DNA of 62,573 nucleotides from a virus (Duplodnaviria; Caudoviricetes). The notes below the pieces were generated by a model. That model ran no database searches, was not told where the DNA came from, and worked only from the letters and a program-made list of their open reading frames with translations. The stretch covers positions 1 through 62,573 of IMG/VR virus record IMGVR_UViG_3300049139_000046; one strand, written 5' to 3'. Below are positions 39,194 through 49,532 of the stretch, one piece after another. The position numbers were made by a program, and so were the translations under genes. The first letter of the stretch is position 1, and each line of letters opens with the position of its first letter.

Positions 39194-39480
39194 TGTATAT
39201 GACAGCCGAAGACCTCGCAGAACTACTCAGGCTGAACGCCGCCCACGTCCGGGACCGGCTGACGAAAGAGCGCGGCTTCCCAAACGCCTACCGGATCGGC
39301 AAGGGACTGCGCTGGAAGCGTTCGGAAGTGGAAGACTGGATTGAAAGTCGAGCCATCAGTCCAACTGTGCGGCAGTCTCGGAAGCCGACTCGGCGTAGTA
39401 AATCATCAGCGAGTTCAGGTCCGAGTGCCCAACCATCCGAGCAAGCTGGCGCGGATCAAGCTTCTTCGACAGTCGCGTGA
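39193..39480 (+). CDS. xis: Excisionase / AlpA-like protein
   Basis: MTAEDLAELL...GFPNAYRIG...RWKRSEVEDWI; next to int. Confidence 0.75.
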   Translation: MYMTAEDLAELLRLNAAHVRDRLTKERGFPNAYRIGKGLRWKRSEVEDWIESRAISPTVRQSRKPTRRSKSSASSGPSAQPSEQAGADQASSTVA

Positions 39481-40330
39481 TGGCCGTCGCCCGAGAGTCG
39501 TGGAATGTGAATCCTTGCAGACCGGCAGACTTGCGTGCCCGGCGGAAGGTTGTATCCAGTGAGCCGCTAGAAATATGAAATACACGTCTAGTAGTTCTGC
39601 TAGTCGTGCTGAGGAGTTGCTTGCGCGCCAGAATCTGGAAAAGCTCGACAGCACGCTTAGACAAGGCAACGTCCCGCGCCGGCCCCATCTTGCTTCTGGC
39701 GATGTGCGCGACATTGCCTTGGACGTGTTCCGGCAAAAGTGCCAGGATTTCGCCGGCCCGCATGCCGGTTTCGAGGGCGACGAGGAAGGCTACAGCAGTT
39801 TCGTGACGGATGTTCTCAACCACGCCGTTGAACCCCAGCGCCTGGAGGATAGCGTCTCGCTCGTCGTCATCGATGAGCCGCCGCCGTGGCTGTGGGCTTT
39901 TGGGGGGCTTGACGTCCGCGACTGGGTTGACCGTTACCCACTTCCATTCTTGCCGCGCCACAGCAAAGAGCGAGCGTAGCACCGTGCGCTCCCGCAGAAC
40001 CGTGCCGGGCTTAACCTCCTTCAACCGCTCATCCCGCCACTTGGCGATGACCTCCGGCGTGATGGAGACGATGGGCAGGCTCTGCCAGGATTGGGGGAAA
40101 GATTGCAGCCGCAGGATGTCCCAGCGGGACAAGCCCTCGGTGGCGATCCGCTTGCGTATCGCGTCTCCGAAGGTGTGGCCGGCGGTATCAACCAGGGCGT
40201 TGATGGCCGCTTCCCGGTGGATGATCCAGTCCATCGCCTGCTGCCGGTTGGGGAACGTGCCGGAGTCGCGGATGCCGCGCTTGAACACCTCGGCCCGCCA
40301 GGCATCCCCCCGTTTCCTGACAGTACCCAC
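39356..40330 (-). CDS. int: Tyrosine integrase
   Basis: TGMRAGEI, FHDSR, GHSD, YY; likely GTG start (MGTVRKRG). Confidence 0.95.
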   Translation of the reverse strand: MGTVRKRGDAWRAEVFKRGIRDSGTFPNRQQAMDWIIHREAAINALVDTAGHTFGDAIRKRIATEGLSRWDILRLQSFPQSWQSLPIVSITPEVIAKWRDERLKEVKPGTVLRERTVLRSLFAVARQEWKWVTVNPVADVKPPKSPQPRRRLIDDDERDAILQALGFNGVVENIRHETAVAFLVALETGMRAGEILALLPEHVQGNVAHIARSKMGPARDVALSKRAVELFQILARKQLLSTTSRTTRRVFHISSGSLDTTFRRARKSAGLQGFTFHDSRATAITRLSKKLDPRQLARMVGHSDLNSLMIYYAESASETAAQLD

Positions 40331-40478
40331 TGTTCGATTCCCGAATCCGCAATTTGGCGTGATGAGACCAAACGGCAGGATGGTTGGCAAGGGGAAAGTG
40401 TGGGAGAATGTAGGTTCTGATTACGCCAAGCTTCTGGCCGAAGAACCGCATAAACACTGGCGCACACTAGAGTTCTGG

Positions 40479-40502
40479 TGGTGCCCGGGGCCGGAATCGA
40501 AC
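40479..40502 (-). other. attP core: 3' end of a tRNA, probably tRNA-Leu
   Basis: GTTCGATTCCGGCCCCGGGCACCA upstream of int; flanked by inverted CACACTAG/CTAGTGTG. Confidence 0.85.
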
Positions 40503-40622
40503 GCTAGTGTGGGCGTGGGTTTAGTGCCCACTGGCGTAAAAGTGGCGTGGTCAGAAAACGGGCGGAAAGCTGTTGGACGCAGCAGACCGCCCTAACCACA
40601 ACCAGTTCTGGAGGAACTAGGT

Positions 40623-41147
40623 ATGGCTGCGCTACAGCATATCCCAATCTACGCATACGCTCGGGGCAACTGCGATCTCTGCGGCCGAGTGATCCAACGT
40701 GACTGCGGCAGGTGTGGGTTCAAGACGCCTGCCGTGCTCTACCGACCTAAGAAGATCGTCGTCGTCAACCTTCCGAGAAGGATTGAGTCGCCCATCAAGC
40801 GGCGAATGACAATGGCATTCGTGGCGAGAAAGATTCGCCAGATGGAGCTGGACAAGGCCCGAGTAAGACGAAACGCGCGGCAACGCCGTGTCCGGGAGGC
40901 AACGCCAGCGTGGGTGGATTTCGCTGCTATCCGTGCCGTCTACCTGAAGTGCGCCCAAGTCACCCGCGAGACCGGCATCCCCCATGCCGTCGATCACATC
41001 GTTCCGATCAAAGGACGAAACATGTGTGGGCTACATGTCCCTTGGAACCTCCGGATTATCACGGCCAAAGAAAACGGAATGAAGTCTAACAAGTGGATCG
41101 AAGACCTATTGGAGTGTGTAGATGACTATGACCGACCCCCGGCTTGA
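40623..41147 (+). CDS. HNH endonuclease
   Basis: ATPAW...VDHIVPI.G...CGLHVPWNL...EN..KSN. Confidence 0.9.
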   Translation: MAALQHIPIYAYARGNCDLCGRVIQRDCGRCGFKTPAVLYRPKKIVVVNLPRRIESPIKRRMTMAFVARKIRQMELDKARVRRNARQRRVREATPAWVDFAAIRAVYLKCAQVTRETGIPHAVDHIVPIKGRNMCGLHVPWNLRIITAKENGMKSNKWIEDLLECVDDYDRPPA

Positions 41148-41805
41148 CCGCCTAGTCCAGTTCGACCCCCGGAGCCGGGCGTTCCCGGTCAGAGCCCTGA
41201 TCGCAGCCAAGAAGCCACGTTCGTATACCTGGCGGGTTGGAACTTGGATGGATCAGGGACGAGAGGGCCAGTGCGTAGCCTACGCCTGGGCTCATGAACT
41301 GAGTGCGCGACCGGTGATGGTCAACGGCCTGACGACTGACTTCACTCGGGATGTCTATTGGCGAGCCCAGCAGATCGATGAGTGGGAAGGCGGCGAGTAT
41401 CCTGGAGCCAGCCCGCGCTATGCCGGCACCAGCGTCCTGGCCGGCGCCAAGGTCATCAAGAGCCTAGGCTACATCCAAGAATACAGGTGGGCCTTCAGTT
41501 TGGAGGATCTGCGCCTCACAATCGGCTATCGGGGGCCAGCCGTGCTTGGGCTGAATTGGTACGAAGGAATGTTCGATACGGACGCCGATGGCTACATCAG
41601 ACCCACTGGAGAGCTAGCAGGTGGACACGCTATCCTGGCTTACGCCAACAGTGAGCGGCACAAGCGGATCAGCCTGTGGAACAGCTGGGGCCGTGGATTC
41701 GGGAGGGACGGGATGGCTTACATCTCCTACGACGATCTGGACCGCCTGCTGCATGAACAGGGAGAGGCGTGTGTTCCTGTAGTCAGGGCAGCCCCGAAGC
41801 AGTAG
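41122..41805 (+). CDS. Papain-like (C1) cysteine peptidase
   Basis: DQG.EGQC, GGHAI, NSWG. Confidence 0.85.
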   Translation: MTMTDPRLDRLVQFDPRSRAFPVRALIAAKKPRSYTWRVGTWMDQGREGQCVAYAWAHELSARPVMVNGLTTDFTRDVYWRAQQIDEWEGGEYPGASPRYAGTSVLAGAKVIKSLGYIQEYRWAFSLEDLRLTIGYRGPAVLGLNWYEGMFDTDADGYIRPTGELAGGHAILAYANSERHKRISLWNSWGRGFGRDGMAYISYDDLDRLLHEQGEACVPVVRAAPKQ

Positions 41806-41882
41806 TCGACTGCCGGCACCGGATCGCGGTATGCTCAGGCGAATCCCGAGCGACAGAACAATGATCCCCATGGAGACTCCGG

Positions 41883-42137
41883 ATGGGTACTGTGATTATC
41901 CGCGAGATCGAATGGGTGCCTGTCGAGAACCGTCTCCCAGATGACTTCGTGAAGGTCGATGTCTGGATGACAACTCCGCTTCCGACCTTTACCCTAGGTT
42001 GGGCGGACAGCTTCCGGGTCATAAACGCCTTCCGTCGCGCCGGGATGTGGTGGTATCCCCTTGAGAGCGGGCAGGCGCAGGCACTACGGTCGGAGTGCAT
42101 CACGCACTGGGCGATCATCCAGGGGCCGCAGTCATGA
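41883..42137 (+). CDS. Hypothetical protein, DUF551-like
   Basis: WVPVENRLP...ITHW. Confidence 0.6.
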   Translation: MGTVIIREIEWVPVENRLPDDFVKVDVWMTTPLPTFTLGWADSFRVINAFRRAGMWWYPLESGQAQALRSECITHWAIIQGPQS

Positions 42138-42166
42138 CAGTCCTACCGTAACCACTGATCACATGA

Positions 42167-42202
42167 GAAAGAAGAAGCCGCCCGGGGGCGGCTCTACTTC
42201 TT
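42167..42202. terminator. Probable terminator hairpin between convergent genes
   Basis: AGCCGCCC-GG-GGGCGGCT with pyrimidine-rich tails on both strands. Confidence 0.65.
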
Positions 42203-42293
42203 AGCCCTGCTTGGGCTGCTGACCAGGTTGTGCCGGTTGCGGCTGCTTGTTCTGATCTTTTTCCTGCTCGCCCGGCATCGGGTTCGTTGCCAT
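42201..42293 (-). CDS. 30-aa Q/P-rich micro-protein
   Basis: GAGGT RBS, MATNPMPGEQEKDQNKQPQPAQPGQQPKQG, followed by the terminator. Confidence 0.55.
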   Translation of the reverse strand: MATNPMPGEQEKDQNKQPQPAQPGQQPKQG

Positions 42294-42461
42294 ATCTGTA
42301 CCTCACTGAGTAGCGACCGAAACGGTCACGGTATAGGGGCAAAGGCTATGCCCAAATGCTGTACGGATTTACAGTGCAGGAGGTAAAATCGTCGGGCCGG
42401 TGAGATGTATCAGCACCTCTCCAGCCCTGGCCACCAACCACTCTTGAGGGAGAGTCGGCAA

Positions 42462-43127
42462 ATGGTTAACCGTAATCGTATCCCAGTCCCAATCGAACAG
42501 AAGTTCCATCGGTGGACCGTCGTTAGTTTTCACTCGATGAACCCGCGAAGGGGGCAGATATGGAATGCTCGCTGTGAGTGCGGAGTAGAGCGTCCCGTCA
42601 CGGCAGTGTCGCTGCGAAACGGCGCCAGCAAAAGCTGCGGTTGTTGGAAAGCGGAAGTTGCTGGAAATATGAAACGGACGCATGGCATGAGTGATACGCC
42701 AATCTATGAATCATGGACGGCTATGCGTCAACGATGCTTGAATCCACACTGGCCCGACTTCCACAACTACGGAGGTCGAGGAATATCCATCTGTGATTCC
42801 TGGGCGTCCTTTGAACGATTTTTTCAGGACATGGGACCTACGTTCCAACCTGGATTGACGCTCGATCGCATAGACAATAACGGCAACTACGAACCATCCA
42901 ACTGCCGCTGGACGACTTACGCCGAACAGAACCGCAATCACCGCCGTAATATCTGGGTAGACACGCCACAAGGACGGATGGTTATGAAAGATGCCGCACG
43001 AATAGCCGGCGTCCCTTACAAGGTTATGAAGAAACGCATTCAGCAAGGCGTAAGTCCGGAGGATCTTCTCGCCCCAGCCGAATCACTCCAGAAGTCGCCT
43101 GACGTCCAGACGGTTAACTCTGATTAG
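42462..43127 (+). CDS. HNH-type homing endonuclease
   Basis: CECG...SCGC...WTAMRQRC...TLDRIDNNGNYEPSNCRW. Confidence 0.9.
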   Translation: MVNRNRIPVPIEQKFHRWTVVSFHSMNPRRGQIWNARCECGVERPVTAVSLRNGASKSCGCWKAEVAGNMKRTHGMSDTPIYESWTAMRQRCLNPHWPDFHNYGGRGISICDSWASFERFFQDMGPTFQPGLTLDRIDNNGNYEPSNCRWTTYAEQNRNHRRNIWVDTPQGRMVMKDAARIAGVPYKVMKKRIQQGVSPEDLLAPAESLQKSPDVQTVNSD

Positions 43128-43971
43128 ATGCTGGACTGCAAGTGCCGCTGTTTCTTCTATTCTCGCCTTGTAGTGCTCATCTTCGGATAACTGTTCACCG
43201 GCTGCTACAGCTAATGACAAAGATCGGATTCCTAGCCAGCGGCACATGGCCTCATGGACACGATCGTGGTCAAAATTTAACTGAGCCACGTCGTCTTCAT
43301 AGCCCAACCGACGGGCCGTCACCAACTGCTCCTGATACAGCAGCGCAGCCTTCGATTTCACGACGGCGGCTGCTCTGGCCGCGCATCTTTCTCCCATAAA
43401 TAGCGCGACAGGAACACGATCACAGCACCGCCAAAGCAACTACCAGCGACCATGAGCCACCAGTCGTACCAGTAGCTGCCATCCTCAGGTGCATTGGGCC
43501 ACGCGAACAAACTGGCTAGCACCCCCGCGATGAACAGCGAGATGGAGAGCGAATGCTCCCGCAGGCACTTCATTGCAATCGTGGGAAGTTAAGCCCTGGC
43601 AGTCCGCCCATCATCGACAACAAGTAGAGGATTGCGATGATCCCGAGGATCACCAGCGCCACAGTCTTGAACGGCGGGGGAAGCGGGATGAGTGTGATGA
43701 TCCAGTAGATCAGACCAAGGATCAGGATCAGGATGAGAATACTAATCAGGGTGTTCATGGTGTTTCCTTTTCAGGCGGGTTTTTCGACTTTTGCCTTGCA
43801 AAATGCTTGGCTACCGAGAACGGGAATCAAACCGAAGTTGAACCCGATCGGCGCCGGGTCTTCCAGGTACTTCTGACAGTGCTCCACTGACGACCAAGGG
43901 ATCACGATGGTCACTGGTGCAGGGCCATCAGGAGTCAGTACCAGAAAGAGAACAACCAGGTATGCGGTCAT
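43083..43971 (-). other. Small ORFs after the lysis genes (43083-~43361, 43358-43573 TM, 43570-43758 Thivi_2564-like membrane protein, 43771-43971)
   Basis: Coupled ORFs, several hydrophobic. Confidence 0.6.
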
Positions 43972-43972
43972 C

Positions 43973-44254
43973 TCAGACTCCAGGTGTGCAGGCCATCAGG
44001 ATCGCTTCCAACTCCGATACATACGTCCTCAGCAGCAACTGCTCGCGCCTCAACGCCAGGACCAGTCCATAGTCGGTTTGGGTTGCAAGTTCCTGGTCCG
44101 TCAGCAGCTCCGGCTTCGCCGGCATACTGCTCACGCATGAAACCGGCACCGGGATTCGGACCTCGATCGGTTCCGGGATCGAAATCGTCGTTGGTGGTGT
44201 CTGACAGCCGGTCAGCAGAGCGACAAAGCCAGCAATCAGGAAAGTCCATTTCAC
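43973..44254 (-). CDS. o-spanin (Rz1-like lipoprotein)
   Basis: Lipobox LTGC, Pro-rich, overlaps the i-spanin end. Confidence 0.8.
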   Translation of the reverse strand: MKWTFLIAGFVALLTGCQTPPTTISIPEPIEVRIPVPVSCVSSMPAKPELLTDQELATQTDYGLVLALRREQLLLRTYVSELEAILMACTPGV

Positions 44255-44652
44255 AGACTCGCCCGTATTTCCTGAAGCGCCTTCGAGCAATCACCTGTTC
44301 CAGCCCGGATAGAGGTCGTCAGGGAGGCGATCGTCTGCGCGGTGGCACGGTTGGATAGGCGGACCCTGTCCAGCGCCTCCTGAGTGGCTTTCCGGCCGTC
44401 CTCGCCCAGTTTGGCGATCTCGATCACCTTGTCGTTCTGGGTCTGCAGCATCGACTTCAGGTCGGTGTTCGACTTCCGAAGCTGCTGCACGACAGCTTCC
44501 ATCTGCAGCCGGGACGAACGTTCTTCGTGATACGCCTCCCGAGCCTTGTCCAGCCGCCAGCCCTGGAACCAACCGACCCCGACGCCACCGACCAGCAGGC
44601 CGCCGACCAGCGCGATCCAGATCAAGTAGGGGGCGATGAAGACTTTGATCAC
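44251..44652 (-). CDS. i-spanin (Rz-like)
   Basis: N-terminal TM segment, coiled coil, C-terminal Cys. Confidence 0.75.
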   Translation of the reverse strand: MIKVFIAPYLIWIALVGGLLVGGVGVGWFQGWRLDKAREAYHEERSSRLQMEAVVQQLRKSNTDLKSMLQTQNDKVIEIAKLGEDGRKATQEALDRVRLSNRATAQTIASLTTSIRAGTGDCSKALQEIRASL

Positions 44653-44909
44653 GCGCCCGCCTGATCCGTTTCGTCAGTGGGATAGGGATGAGACTTGCGG
44701 TGGTTCTGGTAGGTCAGGATGATGAAGGTGATCAGCGCGCAGCCAGGACCAATGATTCCGTAAAAATGTTCCGGCAAATCTTCCTTGAACGGCACGATGA
44801 CCATCGGCACGCCGGCCACGATCACCACGATGAGGTTCAGCCACCAGGCGATCTTCTGCGAGACAGTGACCTTGCGGCGGTTCGGTATTGATGGGACTTC
44901 GGTCGTCAT
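44649..44909 (-). CDS. Putative holin
   Basis: Two TM segments, between endolysin and spanins (MTTEVPS...). Confidence 0.6.
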   Translation of the reverse strand: MTTEVPSIPNRRKVTVSQKIAWWLNLIVVIVAGVPMVIVPFKEDLPEHFYGIIGPGCALITFIILTYQNHRKSHPYPTDETDQAGA

Positions 44910-45316
44910 GTGTAAGTCACCGTGTCGAGTTGGAAATGGGGACCATCCAGGAACCGTGGGCCGAACGCTACCCCGCCCCATTCGACGGGAATGCCGAGCG
45001 AGACGGACGACGGCTGCATGCACTTCAGCCACAGCCTTTGGTAGAGCGGAAACTCCCAACGCATCCCCCCATCGGCCTGGATGCCCAGATCGACGGCATG
45101 TCCGGTCAGGTGCCGGCTGTTCATGGTGCGGCTCGCGCCGGTCTTGACGTACTCGGCCTGCCGTTCTCTGGTCCGTAGCCCTTCGATGACGAAGACCCTC
45201 ATGCTGGGCGCATCAGCGAAAGCTTCATCGAACAGGTAGAACGCCCGCTCAGTGACATTGACTAGATCGTGGTGGACGCCCATCAGGCGGGTCTGGTCAC
45301 GCGCCGACAATTTCAT
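44906..45316 (-). CDS. Endolysin, M15 family peptidase
   Basis: EGLRT..RQ...SRHLTGHAVD...DGPHFQL. Confidence 0.92.
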   Translation of the reverse strand: MKLSARDQTRLMGVHHDLVNVTERAFYLFDEAFADAPSMRVFVIEGLRTRERQAEYVKTGASRTMNSRHLTGHAVDLGIQADGGMRWEFPLYQRLWLKCMQPSSVSLGIPVEWGGVAFGPRFLDGPHFQLDTVTYT

Positions 45317-46033
45317 CAGGCACCAGGCACGCCATAGATAGCGACGCCGATCAGGATGATCACCACGATCAGCAACCCGGCGACGATGTACTTATGGGAT
45401 GGCTCCATAGCTTTCCACTTCGCCAGAAGTCGGCTGCCACTGAAGTCCGACCGACTCGCCTGATACCGGTCATTTGATCGTTTGCGCTGCTCGTCGTCGT
45501 ACATCTCATACTCCGGTCGTTTTGTAACGGTTCAGTTCAGCGGTCAGGTCAGCGACCTGGTTCTGGAAGTCGGAAACCTGCCGCTGCAGCCGCTCGATCA
45601 TTGCGTCCCGCGACTTGAGTTCGCGCTCTAGGACATCGTTCTCGCGCTTGAGTAGTGACATCTCATTTCGCATGACTTGGAGATCATTCTTGGTCTTGTG
45701 CGCTTCATCACGGATTTCCCGATGAAGTTCTTCTCGCTGTTGCTCGAGTTCCTTGCGGGCGTTCTCGCGAACTTCTACAGCTCGACGCTCGGCCTCCTCT
45801 CGCATCAGATTGGCTCGGTCCTCTGACTCCCGGCGAAGCTGATTGGCACGGAACTTGGCTTCGTCCTTGCGGATCTGCTCGTTCGCTTTTAGGGTACGGA
45901 TCTGCCCAAAGAGCCGGAACATCCCACCGACCACGGTCACGAACACTGTCGTCAACAGACCGACAGCGATGGGATGCGTCTCTATGAACTCCCAGATCAT
46001 GCTGCTATCCCGATTCGACGCCACCAGCGCCAT
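45316..46033 (-). other. Two membrane proteins (45316-45504; 45506-46033 TM plus coiled coil)
   Basis: Hydrophobic segments, directly upstream of the endolysin. Confidence 0.65.
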
Positions 46034-46043
46034 CGTGATTCCT

Positions 46044-49000
46044 TTACGAACCTTTGAAAGAAAGGGTGTGAACGTTCGCGGTCGTCGCTCCAGTGCTCGT
46101 CCAGGATGGCGTGACCGATGTCGTCGCCGCTACCACTTGCTTGGCTACCGCCGAGGTCCAATACGCGGCTCCGTCCAATTCCGACGACAGCAGGGTGAAA
46201 CCTGTGCAGGCGTAGGTCGCGGGGTTCGCTCCGCTGTCAGAAGCGCAGAAAGACACGATGACTTCGTTGGCCTGGGCAAGCACGCCAGAGGCTTGCGTGA
46301 ACGGGCTGGCTCCGTCGGTATTCGCTGCCACCACATCCGACGGGCTGGCAATCGCACCCGTGATCTTGATCAGGTGGATGACGCAACCGCCGGTGTTCCC
46401 GCTGAAGGTCACCGTGGCATAGTGATCCGCACCGCCCACCCCGTTCGCGCAGAAGTAAGCGGCTGATTTCTGCCCGGCTCCGGCTGTCAGCACCGATCCC
46501 AGAAGCGTATAGGTGTTGCCCTTCGAGTCCACCAGCGACGAGATGTTGGCGGAACTCCAGGACAGCAGTACCAGATAGGAGTTGCCCGACGCTTCCGTTG
46601 TGGCAGTCGCTGAGAACGCATCGGTATTGCCCAGTCCCTTGCCCACCAATACCGCATCGACAGCAGTAGCTGAGGTGACCGCGATCGTGAAAGTCTCGGA
46701 TGTTGTGGAGCCCTCAGATGAGGTCGCGAGGACCGTGATCGAATGCGACGAAGCCGAACCGAACGAGAGCGTGCCGGCCTTGGTCACGACCCCGGTGGTG
46801 CTGCTGATGGCGAACTTTCCGCCGGCACTATCGGAGAGGCTGTAGGTGACGGTATAGCCCGAGTGTGTTGCTATAGCTGTGATTCCGACCGCGGTGCCGT
46901 TGGCTGCGCCGTCGCTGACCGTGTTCGTGGCCGAATTGGAGTCGGTGATCGAACTCAGCGTAGAGGGACCAATCGCCAGCGCATCTGCGTGGATCGGCTC
47001 CATCGTCTCCAGATTCCAATGGGCCGGCACGAAGGTCTTGGTATTGTTGACGCTGGCTGGGTACGACTGGCTGGACGGATAGCTGCCTTCCCAGGTGCCG
47101 GCGTTGAAGTGCGTGAACTGCCGGGCGTCGATCGCGTCGCGCGCCCACGGGAAGGCGCCGGCAGATGCCTCGACCCAGGCCGGGACCGCGGAGGCGGCGA
47201 TCGGGGTGACCCCGTGCCCGGTCATGCTGGGCGAGCCGGCGACCGTGATGTAATTGCCGTCGTTGTAGTCGGCCGTTCCTTCGACCGCCACGTATTCTGG
47301 ATAGCTGGCGCCGTTGGTCCGCAGCTTGATGTTGTCGCTGTAGTAGTAGAGCGTCCCGTGGTTGCTGACCGACTCATAGAAGGCAGCGATGCTCGAAGTG
47401 CCGGGGCCCGCCTTCGCATAGTTGCCGATCGCGTCCAGCCAGATCTCTTCGTAGGCTGCGCCTTCGCCGTCCCAGTCGTCGCCGGAGAGAGTGCCGTCGA
47501 CAAATTTATCCTGGCCGTTGTAGATCAAATTGTTGATCAGCGCCGCGCGACAGCCGCCTTTGAGCAGCGGGTTGCGCGTGAAGTTGTTGGCCCAGAAGTT
47601 GCCGTAGAGCAGCAGGTCGTTTGAGTTGTCTTCTAGCAGCGTCGCACCCGATCCGGCCGTCAGCATCTCGGCAATGATGTTGCGCGCGAGGGTGATATTG
47701 CGGGAGGTGTCCAGCCGCCATTCGGTCGCATTGGCACCAGAGAAGTCCCAACCACCGATGTCGAGCGAGCCGTCCATGCCCCACGAGAACGAGCAGTTGT
47801 AGATGATCCCGTTGCGCGCGCCCGGTTGGGTTTCCATCGCATCTTTGCCCGCACCCACCCCTGTGCCGGGCCGAAACTTCATGTGGCTGATGATGAAGTT
47901 GTGGGTCCTGATCACAAACTCGCCTTTGATGACGGTGATCCCTGGCGAGGGAGCCGTCTGTCCTGCGATCGTGAAGTACGGGTTGGTGATGTTGACGGTG
48001 GCGCCAGCCATGTCGATATTGCCCGACACCTCAAAGACAATGATCCGCGGGCCTGACGCCTCGACCGCCGCACGGAAGCTGCCGGTGCCGGACGCGTTGA
48101 GGTTGACCACTTTGAGGATGGTTCCGCCGGCACCGCCAGTGGTGCTCGCCCATCCCTGGATCAGACCGAAGTGGTTGGGATTCGCGGTGTAAGACGCGAC
48201 CACTGGAATCAGCAGGGCTGATGAGTAGGCCACTGTTCCAGCGCCACCTGCGTTCGTTGCGATGACGCTCGAGCGGACATACTTTCCTACCTGGGAAGAT
48301 GTCACCAGGAAGGTCGATGCCGTCGCCCCGCCGATCGCAGTCCATCCCGACGTTCCGTTGTCAGACACCTGCCACTGGTAGGCATACGATGTCGGTGACT
48401 TGGTCCAGGTGCCTGTGTTACTCGTTAGCGTCGCACCTTCCAGCGCCGAGCCGGAGACCGTCGGTACTATCGTGTTGACCGGCACCGCGATGATGATCGG
48501 ACCCAGAACGTTGGAGTCAACCGCCGTCCCGCTGCCAGATGCGTTGGAAGCGTTCAGCGTGAGACGGATGTACTTACCGACATGCGTGGAAGTCAGGGCA
48601 AGCGTAGTCGTACCGCCGGCGCCAGACCAGTTGTCTACGCCGTTCGATGACATTTTCCAAGAGTAGGTGTAGGAGGTCGGCGAGCGGGTCCACGTACCAG
48701 TGGTTGCCGACAGCGAATTGCCTTCCTGGACCGTCCCTGAGATGACGGGAACGGCGGTGTTGACCGGCGTTGTGCCGGCGATCTGTGTGGTCGGGCTAGA
48801 GTAGGCCGGCAGACTCTCACCATTGGCGTTCGTGGCAATGACCCGAACCCGGATGTACATATCCACTTGAACGGCAGTCAGCGTCGTGCTGGTCGCCGTG
48901 TTGATATTCGTCCAGCCGGTTGCACCGTTACTGGACTGCTGCCACTGGTAGCTATAGCCGGTCGGTGTTCCCGTCCATGTGCCACTGCCCGCCGTGAGAA

Positions 49001-49532
49001 CAGAGCCCTCGGATGGGGTTCCGGTGACTGTCGGCGCGACCGTGTTGACTGGGACATCCGCTGATACCGCATACGACAAGCCGAACTTTTCATCGATCGC
49101 AAGCGATCCTGCTTCTACGGTGTAGCGAATCCAAAGCCCGCGGGTGTCACCAGCAGCGAAGTCACCACCCGATGTGGCGGTCTCGGCGCCGTTGACTTCC
49201 TCGAACGTCACTCCCGGCGGCGCAGCGAGTTCGTTGGCAATGGCAGCCTCAGTCTCATTGATCCCTGCCACCGCCCATCCGAGTCCGACAGTAGTAGTGG
49301 TCAGTGCTGTCTCGGTCTCGACGAACAGCTTGAGTCCGGTGGCTGCAGTGGAGGACTCGACATAAACCATCCGGTACTGCACCGTCCCTGCTAGGCGCTC
49401 GGCATCGCTGATCCCACCGAAAAGGCCGGATGCGTCGCCCTCGTACGCCAGCGTCGCCGACTTCGCGCCGCCCAGCGACAGTTCGGGGTCGGAGTTGGTC
49501 GCTCCGCCGGAGAGGTAGAGGGCGACAGTCAT
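46044..49532 (-). CDS. Virion appendage: three Ig-like repeats, PL1-like pectate lyase domain, cadherin-like domain
   Basis: PVNT.(A/V)P.(V/I).G repeats; TTGGAGG...NLNASGTGSFRAAV...PRIIVFEVSG...TIAGQTAP; YSLSDSAGGKFAISSTTGVVT. Confidence 0.8.
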   Translation of the reverse strand: MTVALYLSGGATNSDPELSLGGAKSATLAYEGDASGLFGGISDAERLAGTVQYRMVYVESSTAATGLKLFVETETALTTTTVGLGWAVAGINETEAAIANELAAPPGVTFEEVNGAETATSGGDFAAGDTRGLWIRYTVEAGSLAIDEKFGLSYAVSADVPVNTVAPTVTGTPSEGSVLTAGSGTWTGTPTGYSYQWQQSSNGATGWTNINTATSTTLTAVQVDMYIRVRVIATNANGESLPAYSSPTTQIAGTTPVNTAVPVISGTVQEGNSLSATTGTWTRSPTSYTYSWKMSSNGVDNWSGAGGTTTLALTSTHVGKYIRLTLNASNASGSGTAVDSNVLGPIIIAVPVNTIVPTVSGSALEGATLTSNTGTWTKSPTSYAYQWQVSDNGTSGWTAIGGATASTFLVTSSQVGKYVRSSVIATNAGGAGTVAYSSALLIPVVASYTANPNHFGLIQGWASTTGGAGGTILKVVNLNASGTGSFRAAVEASGPRIIVFEVSGNIDMAGATVNITNPYFTIAGQTAPSPGITVIKGEFVIRTHNFIISHMKFRPGTGVGAGKDAMETQPGARNGIIYNCSFSWGMDGSLDIGGWDFSGANATEWRLDTSRNITLARNIIAEMLTAGSGATLLEDNSNDLLLYGNFWANNFTRNPLLKGGCRAALINNLIYNGQDKFVDGTLSGDDWDGEGAAYEEIWLDAIGNYAKAGPGTSSIAAFYESVSNHGTLYYYSDNIKLRTNGASYPEYVAVEGTADYNDGNYITVAGSPSMTGHGVTPIAASAVPAWVEASAGAFPWARDAIDARQFTHFNAGTWEGSYPSSQSYPASVNNTKTFVPAHWNLETMEPIHADALAIGPSTLSSITDSNSATNTVSDGAANGTAVGITAIATHSGYTVTYSLSDSAGGKFAISSTTGVVTKAGTLSFGSASSHSITVLATSSEGSTTSETFTIAVTSATAVDAVLVGKGLGNTDAFSATATTEASGNSYLVLLSWSSANISSLVDSKGNTYTLLGSVLTAGAGQKSAAYFCANGVGGADHYATVTFSGNTGGCVIHLIKITGAIASPSDVVAANTDGASPFTQASGVLAQANEVIVSFCASDSGANPATYACTGFTLLSSELDGAAYWTSAVAKQVVAATTSVTPSWTSTGATTANVHTLSFKGS

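Noticed and set aside
40479-40502. Intact tRNA gene
   Set aside because: Only the T loop to CCA is present; no D arm or anticodon arm
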